This document shows, piece by piece, positions 9,688-18,886 of a DNA stretch of 64,000 nt. The notes beneath the pieces are model-generated. The model was not told the DNA's origin. It was given only the letters and a program-made list of their open reading frames with translations, and did no database searches. Within the stretch, counting starts at the first letter, position 1, and every line of letters starts with the position of its first letter. Both the position numbers and the translations under genes were made by a program. The DNA comes from an uncultured Actinomycetes bacterium (GTDB lineage Bacteria > Actinomycetota > UBA4738 > HRBIN12): the NCBI GenBank assembly GCA_963821925.1, contig CAWGFO010000012.1, positions 4,123-68,122 of the forward strand, written 5' to 3'.

Positions 9688-10203
9688 ATGGACGCTCAGA
9701 TCTCGATCCTGCCGCCGTCGGACCTGCAGGACGCGGAGCAGCAGTTGAAGGACGCGACGAGCGCGCTCGAGGACGCGCGGCTCGCCACCCGCGCCGCCGA
9801 TTCCGTCCTCCGTGAGCGCCGCGCCGAGGAGTCCGAGGCGCAGGCCGCCTACGACCGCGCCTCCGGCAGGATCAAGGAGCTCTACGAAGAGGAGCGCCGA
9901 CGCCTCGAGGAGGCGGCCCGGATCGCCGACGCTGCGCTGAAGCAGCTCGAGGGCAAGCTCCGATCCCTGAGGCCCGGCGAGGTCACGCCGAGCCCGCGAC
10001 GGCTCGAGGCGGTCGCGGAGCTCGCGCCGCCCGCGGAACCTGCGCCGCCCGCGGAACCTGCGCCGCCCGCGGAACCTGCGCCGCCCGCGGAGACCGACGC
10101 CGTCGACCTCACGTCGATCCATGAGACGAACGCGGCGGAGGACTGGCTCGCCCAGCTCCAGGAGGAGTCCGAGCGCGAGCGCGGCGCGGCCGGCGACGCC
10201 TGA
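9688..10203 (+). CDS. Hypothetical coiled-coil protein with Pro/Ala repeat linker
   Basis: GGGGAGG SD; Glu/Ala/Arg helical composition; (APPAEP)n repeat. Confidence 0.6.
   Translation: MDAQISILPPSDLQDAEQQLKDATSALEDARLATRAADSVLRERRAEESEAQAAYDRASGRIKELYEEERRRLEEAARIADAALKQLEGKLRSLRPGEVTPSPRRLEAVAELAPPAEPAPPAEPAPPAEPAPPAETDAVDLTSIHETNAAEDWLAQLQEESERERGAAGDA
10024..10091 (+). repeat. 18-bp tandem repeat GCGCCGCCCGCGGAACCT, about 3.8 copies, in-frame
   Basis: Three exact copies plus a 14-bp partial copy read directly. Confidence 0.9.
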
Positions 10204-10208
10204 CCCGC

Positions 10209-10245
10209 GTGGGTGCGGCACCGCCTCCGGGCGGTGGTCACCCAC
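10209..10245. terminator. Hairpin between convergent genes (possible bidirectional terminator)
   Basis: CACCGCC-TCCG-GGCGGTG stem extended by GTGGGTG/CACCCAC; no U-tract. Confidence 0.5.
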
Positions 10246-10840
10246 TCGGCGGACGTGCCGTGACGTGCTTCGTTCCCGCCGCGCCCCGTTGCTTCCGAGC
10301 CCGGATCGCGAGGGCGAAGAGGACGGCAGCGACCGTGCCGGCCGCGAGCTCGACGCGCCACACGGCGGTCGACCGGTACGAAAGCTGCCCTGTCAGCAAG
10401 AGTGCGACGGGCTCCAGGCACAGGACGCCGGCGACGATCGCGGCGCTCACCCACGACCGGTGTACCCTCCACCGCTGACCCAGGAGCCCGAAGAGCGGGC
10501 CCGTCATCAGGCCGGTCAGGATGTACGCGGGGTTGTACCCCGTCGACGCGATCGCGACCACGCCCGTGGTGAAGCGCTCAACGGACCACGGGTGGATCTC
10601 CAGCGGGCTGTACGTCATCGCGAAGTAGCCGACCAGCGCCGCCACCGTCGCCAGGAGGCCGAGGACCATCGCTCTCCGTGGCCGGTCCTGCGTCAGGCCC
10701 GCCACGAACGCGACGAGGAGCCAGGGGGCCGACATCAGGGAGGCGGACGACGCCCAGGGTCCGAGCGCCGACCGGCTGCCGAGGTACTGATCCGCCGCAC
10801 CGAAGGCGAAGGCACAGAGTGCCGTGATGATGATCGTCAC
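10238..10840 (-). CDS. Multi-TM membrane protein (DUF6518-like)
   Basis: About 6 TM helices; SAPWLLVAFVAG...GPLFGLLG; GTG 10840 preceded by TATCGT -10 box at 6 nt. Confidence 0.65.
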   Translation of the reverse strand: MTIIITALCAFAFGAADQYLGSRSALGPWASSASLMSAPWLLVAFVAGLTQDRPRRAMVLGLLATVAALVGYFAMTYSPLEIHPWSVERFTTGVVAIASTGYNPAYILTGLMTGPLFGLLGQRWRVHRSWVSAAIVAGVLCLEPVALLLTGQLSYRSTAVWRVELAAGTVAAVLFALAIRARKQRGAAGTKHVTARPPSG

Positions 10841-10922
10841 CGGAGAACGATAACGCGGCCCTACCGATAGCCGTTCCCCACCCAACTCGATCGTGCGAGG
10901 ATCCACGCGGAGGGGCGACGGC

Positions 10923-13007
10923 GTGGATCAGCGTGAACAAGGGGCGAGCCCGGCAACCGACACGGGCGTCGCCACCCACCGACGCCGTCGGCCGACGGGC
11001 GCGCCCCCGCCGCTGCCCAAACAGATCGGCTCCACCGGCTGGGCCTGGCTGATCCTGCTCCTGGCCGTGGTCGTGACCGGCTGCTTCTGGCTCCGCTTCG
11101 ATCCCGGACCGCTCGACCGGTTCGACGGCTGGATCACCGACGTCGTGACCTCCTTCCGGGCGGGATGGCTCGACGCGATCGCACGCCAGGTGCACACGAT
11201 CGGCTCCCGTGTCGGGTTCGCGCTCCTCGGGTTGGCCCTCGTGCTCTCGACCGCCTGGTTCCGCCGGTGGCGTCACCTCGTGATCTGGGCGATCGCGCTC
11301 GGCATCGCGGGCGCGCTCCTCCAGGGGCTCGAACTGGTCTCCCTGCGGCCGCGGCCGTTCGGCGTGCGGCAACTCGCGAGTTGGGAGAGCTACGCGACGC
11401 CGTCGATCCCGGTTGGCGCGATCGCGATCCTAACGATCGGCGCCACGTACATGCTGGTCGTGCCCGGACGGCCCCGCGACTGGGCGAAGCTGGCGACGGC
11501 GGCCGCGATCACGATCACGGGGCTGCTGCGGATCTACCTGGGCGTCGACCACTTCACCGACGTCGCGTTCGGCGCGATCGTCGGGGTGTCGATCCCCTTG
11601 GTCGCCTTCCGCGCGTTCGCCCCGAACGACATCTTCCCGGTCGCGTACGGCCGACGCGGCAAGAGCGCGCACCTCGACGTCAGCGGGCGCCGGGGCGAGG
11701 CGATCCGCACCGCATCGGAGGACCAGCTCGGCATGACGGTGCACGACGTCCAGCCGGTCGGGCTCGAGGGCTCCGGCGGTTCGACCCCGCTGAAGCTCAC
11801 CGTGACCGACGAGCAGGGCCGCGAGCGCACGATCTTCGGCAAGCTCTACGCGAACAGCCACGTCCGCGCGGACCGCTGGTACAAGCTCGGCCGCACGATG
11901 CTCTACGGACGGCTCGAGGACGAGACGCCGTTCGGCACCGTCCGCCGGTTCGTCGAGTACGAGGACTACACGCTGCGCACGCTCGGCGACTACGGGTTCC
12001 CGACGCCCGAGCCGCTCGGCATCGCCGAGATCACGCCCGAACGCGAGTACCTGATCGCGATGGACTTCTTCGACGACGCCGTCGAGATCGGCGAGGCCGA
12101 GGTCGACGCGCGCGTGATCGACGAGGGCCTCGCGATGATCCGCCGGATGTGGGACCTCGGGCTCGCTCACCGCGACATCAAGCCGGCGAACCTGATGGTG
12201 CAGCGCGGAGCGCTGAAGCTGATCGACGTGTTCTTCGTGCAGGTCCGGCCCTCGCCGTGGCGCCAGGCCGTCGACCTCGGGAACATGATGCTCGTGCTCG
12301 CGCTGCGGTCGGACGCGCGGACCGTCTACGACGCCGCCCTCCGGTACTTCACGCCCGACGACCTGGCCGAGGCGTTCGCGGCGACCCGCGGCGTCGCGAG
12401 CCCCACGCAGCTCCGTCAGCACATGAAGGAGGACGGGCGCGACCTGCTCGCCGAGTTCCGGGCGATGGCCCCCGAGCGCCGGCCGATCGCGGTGCAGCGA
12501 TGGAGCGTCCGCCGGGTCGTGCTGATCGTCGCGACGCTCGGGCTGCTCCTGCTCTCGGGCCTGACCGGTCTGGCCCTGCTGTTCCCCTCCCGAGGCACGG
12601 TGACGACGCCGAACTGCGGTACCGGGCAGGCGATGCAGCTGATGGCCCAGGCGGTGCCGAGCGCCACCATGCTCCCCTGCGTCGAGGACCTGCCGGTCGG
12701 ATGGAGCGTCGGCTCGGCCGAGACGATCCGGGGCACGGCGACCTTCGATGTCGGCGTCGACGGCGGATCGAACCTGCCCGTGACGGTGACCCTCACCGCG
12801 ACCTGCCCGGCGCCGGTCGAGGGGACCGACCAGATCCCGATCGAGGGCGGCTGCGTGACCGTCGTCCGAGCGCTCGACGACCCGGGCGTGCCGTCGTTCG
12901 CGCCGGAGCGTGGCCTGTCCTTCACCCCCCGCGAGGAGCTCGTCGCCGCGGTCGCCGCCGAAGACGACCAGGTCCTCTGCGGCGCGCTCGCCCCTCCGTG
13001 CCCGTAG
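10923..13007 (+). CDS. Membrane PAP2-like domain fused to protein-kinase-like (RIO1/APH-type) domain and Cys-containing extracellular C-terminus
   Basis: PAP2-like RPRP...PS...RIYLGVDHFTD; kinase-like GKLY, HRDIKPANL, LID; C-terminal TM helix. Confidence 0.8.
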   Translation: MDQREQGASPATDTGVATHRRRRPTGAPPPLPKQIGSTGWAWLILLLAVVVTGCFWLRFDPGPLDRFDGWITDVVTSFRAGWLDAIARQVHTIGSRVGFALLGLALVLSTAWFRRWRHLVIWAIALGIAGALLQGLELVSLRPRPFGVRQLASWESYATPSIPVGAIAILTIGATYMLVVPGRPRDWAKLATAAAITITGLLRIYLGVDHFTDVAFGAIVGVSIPLVAFRAFAPNDIFPVAYGRRGKSAHLDVSGRRGEAIRTASEDQLGMTVHDVQPVGLEGSGGSTPLKLTVTDEQGRERTIFGKLYANSHVRADRWYKLGRTMLYGRLEDETPFGTVRRFVEYEDYTLRTLGDYGFPTPEPLGIAEITPEREYLIAMDFFDDAVEIGEAEVDARVIDEGLAMIRRMWDLGLAHRDIKPANLMVQRGALKLIDVFFVQVRPSPWRQAVDLGNMMLVLALRSDARTVYDAALRYFTPDDLAEAFAATRGVASPTQLRQHMKEDGRDLLAEFRAMAPERRPIAVQRWSVRRVVLIVATLGLLLLSGLTGLALLFPSRGTVTTPNCGTGQAMQLMAQAVPSATMLPCVEDLPVGWSVGSAETIRGTATFDVGVDGGSNLPVTVTLTATCPAPVEGTDQIPIEGGCVTVVRALDDPGVPSFAPERGLSFTPREELVAAVAAEDDQVLCGALAPPCP

Positions 13008-13139
13008 CGGGACGCGACGCAGACCGAGCGCTTCTAGGGCGAATGGCGGATGCGCGGCGGTCGGGGCAGGAGCATCCTGGCCGACGTCGGGTGGGGCGTG
13101 TGGCATCCCCGCCGGCCGCCGGGAGCTCCGGACGTGGGA

Positions 13140-14063
13140 CTATCCCGTCGGCTGGGCGCTCGCGCCCTGCCCGCCCACGTCAGGCGACATGTGGTCGAGG
13201 GAGGGATGGACCCCCTCGGCGACCGTGTAGAGGCGTCCGGTGGCGGCCTCGATCGCGATCGCCTCGGCGCCGGTCGCGACGGCGACCGGACACCCCTTGG
13301 CCCGGAGCGTCGACTCCACCCGTCGATCGCCCGACCACGGAAAGAGGCGTGCACCGAAGTAGTTGAGGACGACGATGCCCTGGGGCCCGCTGTCCGCCGC
13401 CGTGACGAGCCCCAGCGGCACCGTCCCCACGCGGCGGAGCATCCGCGAGGCGCCGTCCTCGACCGAGGAGATATCCGCGCGGTAGACGACGCCGTACCGA
13501 CGGAACAGCTTCGTGATGACGTACAGGGCGCCGTGGTCGGCGTCGACCAGCATCGCCTCGGCGTCGTGCGGACCGTCCTCGTAGCGGAGGCTCAGGACGT
13601 TCGCGACCACCGATGACGCCGTGAGCGCGGGCTCGGGGAACCAGTACGCCTGGACGCCCGCGCGTTCGGCATCGTTGTCGCCGATGTCGCCGATCCACAG
13701 GATGCCGTCGGCGAGCGCGATGTCCTCCCAGTCGTCGTTCACGGCGCCCAGCACCGCGATGGTCGCCTTCACCCGGCCGGCACGGTCGATCGCCACGACG
13801 GCCGGTGGGTTGCCCGAGTCCTCCTGGACCCAGAAGACGTCGTCGCTCGGGCTGGCGACGATCCCCGAGATCTCATCCAGCAGGGCGTCCCGTACCCGGC
13901 CACCGGATCTCGGCGTCGAGTACGAGGGGCATCGGGACGGTGAGGACGAGGGGGCCTCGACCGGGGGGACGGGCGCGCCGGTGCACGCGGCCGCGAGCAG
14001 AAGCACGCCGGCCGCGAGCACGCACAGCCGGGCGCGGGCTCCTGGGGTTCCGCCGGCACGCAT
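13140..14063 (-). CDS. Putative lipoprotein, beta-propeller (SdiA-regulated/phytase-like)
   Basis: Lipobox LAAAC; EISG, DSG, DWEDIA, IGDIGDN, DAEA motifs. Confidence 0.7.
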   Translation of the reverse strand: MRAGGTPGARARLCVLAAGVLLLAAACTGAPVPPVEAPSSSPSRCPSYSTPRSGGRVRDALLDEISGIVASPSDDVFWVQEDSGNPPAVVAIDRAGRVKATIAVLGAVNDDWEDIALADGILWIGDIGDNDAERAGVQAYWFPEPALTASSVVANVLSLRYEDGPHDAEAMLVDADHGALYVITKLFRRYGVVYRADISSVEDGASRMLRRVGTVPLGLVTAADSGPQGIVVLNYFGARLFPWSGDRRVESTLRAKGCPVAVATGAEAIAIEAATGRLYTVAEGVHPSLDHMSPDVGGQGASAQPTG

Positions 14064-14117
14064 AAGGGTTCATCCTGATGGATTCGGAGCGGGTCGAACG
14101 GGGTCGGGGGGAATCAC

Positions 14118-15722
14118 ATGTCGATCGAGGTCTCAGCGGATGCACGGGTGGCGGAACGCAACGAGCTCGGACCGCTGCCACGGTTCCTGCAGCCGTTGGT
14201 GGATTGGGTCGCCGGCATCAAGGCGACGGTCCACACGAAGCTGCTCGCGGGGTTCATGGTGGTCGCCGTGCTGCTGCTGTCGATGGGCACGCTCAGCATC
14301 GTCGTCCTGGGCCGCCTGAACCGGCAGGTCGAGACGCTGACCGCGCTCAACAAGCAGGCGAGTCAGGCGCGCGACATGATCTACGAGGTCACGTCACAGA
14401 GCCACTACCGCGCGATGGCGCTCCTCAAGATCGGCGACCCGATCTGGACCCCCAAGATCTACGCGGCGAAGGCCGCCTTCGCCGCGAACCTCGCCGACAT
14501 GCGGAGCTACGGTGCGCGGAGCGAGCTCCCCCTCCTCGACGACCTCGAGACGGCGAACAGCCGGTTCGCGGCATCGAGCGAGGTCGTGACCCACCTGTTC
14601 CTCGAGGGGCGGACGGACGAGGCGCTCCAGTTGCACATCACGCAGGAGCACGACATCTCCCACGAGCTCGAGGCGTACCTGAACGAGCTGATCACCGACT
14701 CCCAGGCGCTGGTCGTCGCCGAGACGGAGAGCTTCGCGTCGAACCGGCGGTTCCTCACGATCGCCGTGGCGACCTTCTCGGGGGTCAGCCTGCTGATCGC
14801 CCTGACGCTCGGCGCGATCCTGTCGTGGTCGCTGATCCGACCGGTGCGCAAGGTCGACGCGGCGCTCGGGCTGATCGCGGAGGGCCACTTCGACGAACAC
14901 GTCGAGGTCCCGAACCGCGACGAGTTCGGCAGCCTGACGAACAACCTCAACCGCACCACCGAGCAGCTGTCCACCCTGTACTCGGACCTCCACACGCTGA
15001 ACGACCACCTGCAGGAGACGGTCGACGCGAAGGTCGCCGAGCTCGAACGGGCGTCGCGGCTCAAGCGCTACCTGTCACCGGGCCTCGCGGACTCGATCCT
15101 GTCCGGGTCGCAGGACGTCACGCTCGGGTCGAGCCGGAAGTTCCTCACGACGTTCTTCTCCGACATCCGCGGCTTCACGTCGGCGACCGAGCGGATGGAG
15201 CCCGAGGAGCTCGTGACCGAGCTGAACGAGTACTTCACGGCGATGACCGACATCGTGTTCAAGCACGGCGGCACGCTCGACAAGTACGTCGGCGACGCGG
15301 TGATGGTCTTCTTCGGCGACCCGATCCCGCAGGACGACCACGCCGAGCGCGCCGTGAGGATGGGGTTCGAGATGCTCGAGCAGATCCGCGCCCTCGAGGA
15401 CCACTGGTTCCGCCGCTTCGACGTGGAGTTCAGGATCGGGATCGGCATCGCGACCGGGTGGGTGACGGTGGGCGACATCGGCTCACCGGCACGGAGCGAC
15501 TACACCGTGCTCGGCAACCAGGTGAACCTCGCCTCGCGGCTCGCCGACAAGGCGGACCCCGGCCAGATCCTCGTGACCGAGCGGACGATGAAGGCGGTGG
15601 ACCACATCGTCGAGGGTCGCGAGATCGACCAGGTGAGCCTGAAGGGCATCAGCCGGCCGATCAAGATCTACGAAGTGCTCCCCCGGGCGAACGCTCAGGG
15701 CTCCAGCGAGAACGGCGGGTAG
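14118..15722 (+). CDS. Adenylate cyclase with extracellular helical sensor and HAMP domain
   Basis: TM-sensor-TM, HAMP (RPVRKV...RDEFGSL), SDIRGFT, DKYVGD, YTVLGNQVNLASRL. Confidence 0.92.
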   Translation: MSIEVSADARVAERNELGPLPRFLQPLVDWVAGIKATVHTKLLAGFMVVAVLLLSMGTLSIVVLGRLNRQVETLTALNKQASQARDMIYEVTSQSHYRAMALLKIGDPIWTPKIYAAKAAFAANLADMRSYGARSELPLLDDLETANSRFAASSEVVTHLFLEGRTDEALQLHITQEHDISHELEAYLNELITDSQALVVAETESFASNRRFLTIAVATFSGVSLLIALTLGAILSWSLIRPVRKVDAALGLIAEGHFDEHVEVPNRDEFGSLTNNLNRTTEQLSTLYSDLHTLNDHLQETVDAKVAELERASRLKRYLSPGLADSILSGSQDVTLGSSRKFLTTFFSDIRGFTSATERMEPEELVTELNEYFTAMTDIVFKHGGTLDKYVGDAVMVFFGDPIPQDDHAERAVRMGFEMLEQIRALEDHWFRRFDVEFRIGIGIATGWVTVGDIGSPARSDYTVLGNQVNLASRLADKADPGQILVTERTMKAVDHIVEGREIDQVSLKGISRPIKIYEVLPRANAQGSSENGG

Positions 15723-16372
15723 TCGTCCGTGTACAGCACGATCGCGTAGGCCGTGACACGGACGCTCCACCTGAGCACGCCCTCGACGAAGTCGAACATC
15801 CCGCGCGGGTACCGGCCCGTGAACAAGATCGCGAACCACGCGATGATCACCACGAAGAACGCGGCGATCCACAGGAAGATGAGCACGAAGTAGTGCGGGA
15901 TCGCGAGGAACCACTTCACGAGCGGCATCCACCGGTTGAGGTCGCGTGACACGTCCGGGTACTCGGCGTCGAGGTGCACGCTCTGCGTCTCGTCGGCCGA
16001 GGGGTACCGGTCGTCCATCAACGCGAGGTAGGCGCTCACCCGGTTCGTGAAGCGCAGCAGCTCCAGGTTCCAGTCGAACCACCACCGCGGGTATTTCTGG
16101 CGGAAGAGGATCATCAGCAGCGGCGCCATGAAGAGCAGGCCGCCGGCCGCGATCACGATGGTGGTGGTGGTGTTGCCCGTGTCGGTCGTGGACTGCCAGG
16201 TCCCGCCGGAGACGGTCCCGAGCAGGATCAGGATCGGGATCGCCCAGATCAGCCGGAAGAACGACGACAGCCGGTCGAGGTCGCGGTCCGGGTAGTCCAC
16301 CGAGAACCGCACGGGATAGGCACCCCGTTGCGGCTGGGACGGCGGTGGCGGTGGCGGTGGCGGTGGTTGCAT
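15695..16372 (-). CDS. DUF4389 domain membrane protein
   Basis: Two repeats of FTGRYPRGMF...YPPF-type motif; poly-Pro N-terminus encoded by a (CCACCG)n repeat. Confidence 0.85.
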   Translation of the reverse strand: MQPPPPPPPPPSQPQRGAYPVRFSVDYPDRDLDRLSSFFRLIWAIPILILLGTVSGGTWQSTTDTGNTTTTIVIAAGGLLFMAPLLMILFRQKYPRWWFDWNLELLRFTNRVSAYLALMDDRYPSADETQSVHLDAEYPDVSRDLNRWMPLVKWFLAIPHYFVLIFLWIAAFFVVIIAWFAILFTGRYPRGMFDFVEGVLRWSVRVTAYAIVLYTDDYPPFSLEP

Positions 16373-16474
16373 ATCGGGCTCCCCTTCTGTCGGATCGGTC
16401 GATTCGCTTCCCCATCCGACCATCCCTGCTCGCCGATGTCACCCGCGCTCCCCTGCGTGGAGTAGGTTCGCGCG

Positions 16475-17692
16475 ATGACCGATACAGCTAGGTGGCGGCG
16501 GCTCCTCGAGCCCCTGCTCGCGATCGGCGAGTACCCGGGCGAACCGGAGACCAAGCGGAGCGGACGACGGGTCTTCCTCGTCGCCTTCTTGGTCGCGACC
16601 GCGTCGTCGATCCCCCAGGTGTTCGCGGACCTCGAGAACGGCTACACGTGGGTGGCGATCGCGAATGTCGCGACGACCGTCATCACGATCCCGCTGCTGG
16701 TTGCCATCAACGTCTGGCCGCACCACTTCGGCGGGCTGGTCAACGCGATGCTCGTGATGATCTTCGTCTCCTCGCTCGCCGAGATCGCGATGTTCGGAGG
16801 ACTCCTGCCGTCGGGGCTCGTCGTGATGTTCGGCCTGTCCTTCGTGCTCGCCGCGATGCTCGCGATCAGCCTGCGGGCCGCGATCTGGTGGTTCGTGGCC
16901 TACGTCCTGTCCGTCGTCTACGCGGTCGTGGTCCCCGACTGGATCGACCCGATCTACGTGCCCTCGGACCCGACCGCGGATATCGCCTTCAACCTGATCG
17001 CCTTGGGCGTCCTGGTCCTGGCGGTGCTCGGGTACTTCCTGCGGCAGCGCGACCGGTTCCAGGCGCGTTCGGACGAGCTGCTGCGCAACATCCTCCCCGA
17101 CGACATCGTCGCCCGGCTGAAGACGTCCAGCGACACGATCGCCGACGACGTGGACGAGGCCTCCGTGTTGTTCGCCGACGTCGTGGACTTCACGCCGATG
17201 TCGGCGGCGATGTCTCCCGCCCAGCTCGTGGGGCTGCTCGACGAGGTCTTCTCGTGCTTCGACGGGTTCGTCGCAGAGCTCGGCCTCGAGAAGATCAAGA
17301 CCGTGGGCGACGCGTACATGGTGGCCGCCGGGGTCCCCCGGCCCCGCCCGGACCACGCTGAGGCGATCGCGGAACTGGCCCTGCGGATGCGCGACCATGT
17401 CGCGAAGAACCCGGTCGACGGGCGGCGGCTCAGCTTCCGGATCGGGGTCAACTCGGGACCCGTGACCGCCGGGATCATCGGGACCCACAAGTTCGCCTAC
17501 GACCTGTGGGGCGACACCGTGAACACGGCCAGTCGCATGGAATCCTCGGGCGTCCCGGGTGCGATCCAGGTGAGCCCGTCCACGCACGAACTGCTGAAGG
17601 ACGCCTACGTGTGCGAGTCGCGCGGCCCGATCCAGGTCAAGGGCAAGCGCGAGATGGAGACCTGGCTGCTGATCGCGAGGCGCGAGGCGTAG
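16475..17692 (+). CDS. 6-TM class IIIa adenylate cyclase (Rv1625c/eukaryote-like)
   Basis: SDELLRNILP coiled coil, FADVVDFT, KIKTVGDAY, YDLWGDTVNTASRME. Confidence 0.92.
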   Translation: MTDTARWRRLLEPLLAIGEYPGEPETKRSGRRVFLVAFLVATASSIPQVFADLENGYTWVAIANVATTVITIPLLVAINVWPHHFGGLVNAMLVMIFVSSLAEIAMFGGLLPSGLVVMFGLSFVLAAMLAISLRAAIWWFVAYVLSVVYAVVVPDWIDPIYVPSDPTADIAFNLIALGVLVLAVLGYFLRQRDRFQARSDELLRNILPDDIVARLKTSSDTIADDVDEASVLFADVVDFTPMSAAMSPAQLVGLLDEVFSCFDGFVAELGLEKIKTVGDAYMVAAGVPRPRPDHAEAIAELALRMRDHVAKNPVDGRRLSFRIGVNSGPVTAGIIGTHKFAYDLWGDTVNTASRMESSGVPGAIQVSPSTHELLKDAYVCESRGPIQVKGKREMETWLLIARREA

Positions 17693-17713
17693 CCGGCTCG
17701 GTCCTCCGGGCGC

Positions 17714-18436
17714 CTACGCGGGCCGGTCGGGCAGCACGTCGGGGAGCACGACCGTTCGGTCGGCTCGCTCCTCAGGCGTCGGCATCGCGGTCACCGCACC
17801 GCTCTCGGAGCCGGCCTCGCGCCGCGCCTCGTCCTTCCCGCCGCCGATCGAGGCCGCGAGCGTTCCGATGACCTCGAGGAAGTCATCGCACGTGCGTCGC
17901 AGCTCGCCGAGCATGTCCTCGCGCTGCACCGTCAGGTCGGCCACGGACCGAGCGGCCTGGTCGCGGGCCTGCTTCGCCTCGTGGGCGGCCGCGTTGCGCG
18001 CCTCCTCGGCTTCGAGCCGCATGCGATGGGCTTCACTCCTGGCGTCGGCCACGATCTGCCCCGCCTGGGTTTCCGCCTCCGTCCGGATCTTCTCGACCTC
18101 GCGATCCAGATTCACCAGGAGCTCGGTGACGCGGTCGGACACCTGCTCGTAGGTCACGGCCTCGGTCGACGCTTGCCCTCGGAGGGCCTCGTCGCGCTGT
18201 TGCAGGGCCTCGTCGCGCTGTTGCACGACCGCGTCCCGCTGCTTCAGTGCCGTGTCGGCTTCGGATCGCAGTCGTCGCTGCAGGTCCTCGACGGTCTGCA
18301 GACGAGCGGTCAGGTGGCCGATGTACTCGAGCACCTGCCCCTGGTCGAACCCGCGCCTCGACAGCTTGAACCCCGGCGGCGGGACGGCACTCGCTGCAGC
18401 TGAACGCATCGCGGCATCGGATCCAGGTGTGTCCAT
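17714..18436 (-). CDS. DivIVA/FilP(AbpS)-like coiled-coil protein
   Basis: FKLSRRGFDQGQV DivIVA-like motif followed by a long coiled coil with QQRDEAL repeats; AAGGAG SD. Confidence 0.7.
   Translation of the reverse strand: MDTPGSDAAMRSAAASAVPPPGFKLSRRGFDQGQVLEYIGHLTARLQTVEDLQRRLRSEADTALKQRDAVVQQRDEALQQRDEALRGQASTEAVTYEQVSDRVTELLVNLDREVEKIRTEAETQAGQIVADARSEAHRMRLEAEEARNAAAHEAKQARDQAARSVADLTVQREDMLGELRRTCDDFLEVIGTLAASIGGGKDEARREAGSESGAVTAMPTPEERADRTVVLPDVLPDRPA
18183..18224. repeat. 21-bp (heptad) tandem duplication, 2 exact copies plus 1 degenerate
   Basis: AGGGCCTCGTCGCGCTGTTGC twice; encodes QQRDEAL. Confidence 0.85.
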
Positions 18437-18527
18437 CGATGGGGCTCCTTGGGGACAGGTGAAGCGTCGGTCGTCGTCATGAGAAACGTAGTACCGATAC
18501 CCACGTTCGCGCTAGTGGTCGAAGGTC

Positions 18528-18545
18528 GATAACACCGCTGTTACC
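18528..18545. promoter_or_regulatory. Candidate operator TAACA-N4-TGTTA upstream of the DivIVA-like gene
   Basis: AT-rich inverted repeat in intergenic DNA of a very GC-rich genome. Confidence 0.4.
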
Positions 18546-18573
18546 GGGCCGGCCCACCGTGCGGATCGACCGT

Positions 18574-18759
18574 TCAGTTCGCGAGGGCGTCGAAGACGTC
18601 GTAGACCATGAAGGCCGGCCAGAGCAGGCCTTGGAAGAACGCACCCACGTACTCCCAGAAGCTATCCGCCTGCTGCCAGAACCAGACCCAGGCGCCGAAG
18701 ATGCCCAGGCCGTAGATCGCGCCTGCGCCCGCGGCCGAGCCTGCGTTGTTGCTACTCAT
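18574..18759 (-). CDS. Small membrane protein (61 aa)
   Basis: MSSNNAGSAAGAGAIYGLGIFGAWVWFWQQADSFW...LWPAFMVY; GGGAGGG SD. Confidence 0.75.
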   Translation of the reverse strand: MSSNNAGSAAGAGAIYGLGIFGAWVWFWQQADSFWEYVGAFFQGLLWPAFMVYDVFDALAN

Positions 18760-18886
18760 CGCCACCCTCCCTCGTGTCGACAGCTCCAGTGTCCTCGCCG
18801 GACGATCGTGGCACATCGGGCGAAGGTCCCGCGAGACCAGGATCGCACGGAGCCCCGAGGCGCCCCACCCGGCTACGCTGGCGCCG

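Noticed and set aside
10024-10091. CRISPR-like array
   Set aside because: Head-to-tail 18-bp repeats with no spacers, in-frame inside a CDS; no cas genes
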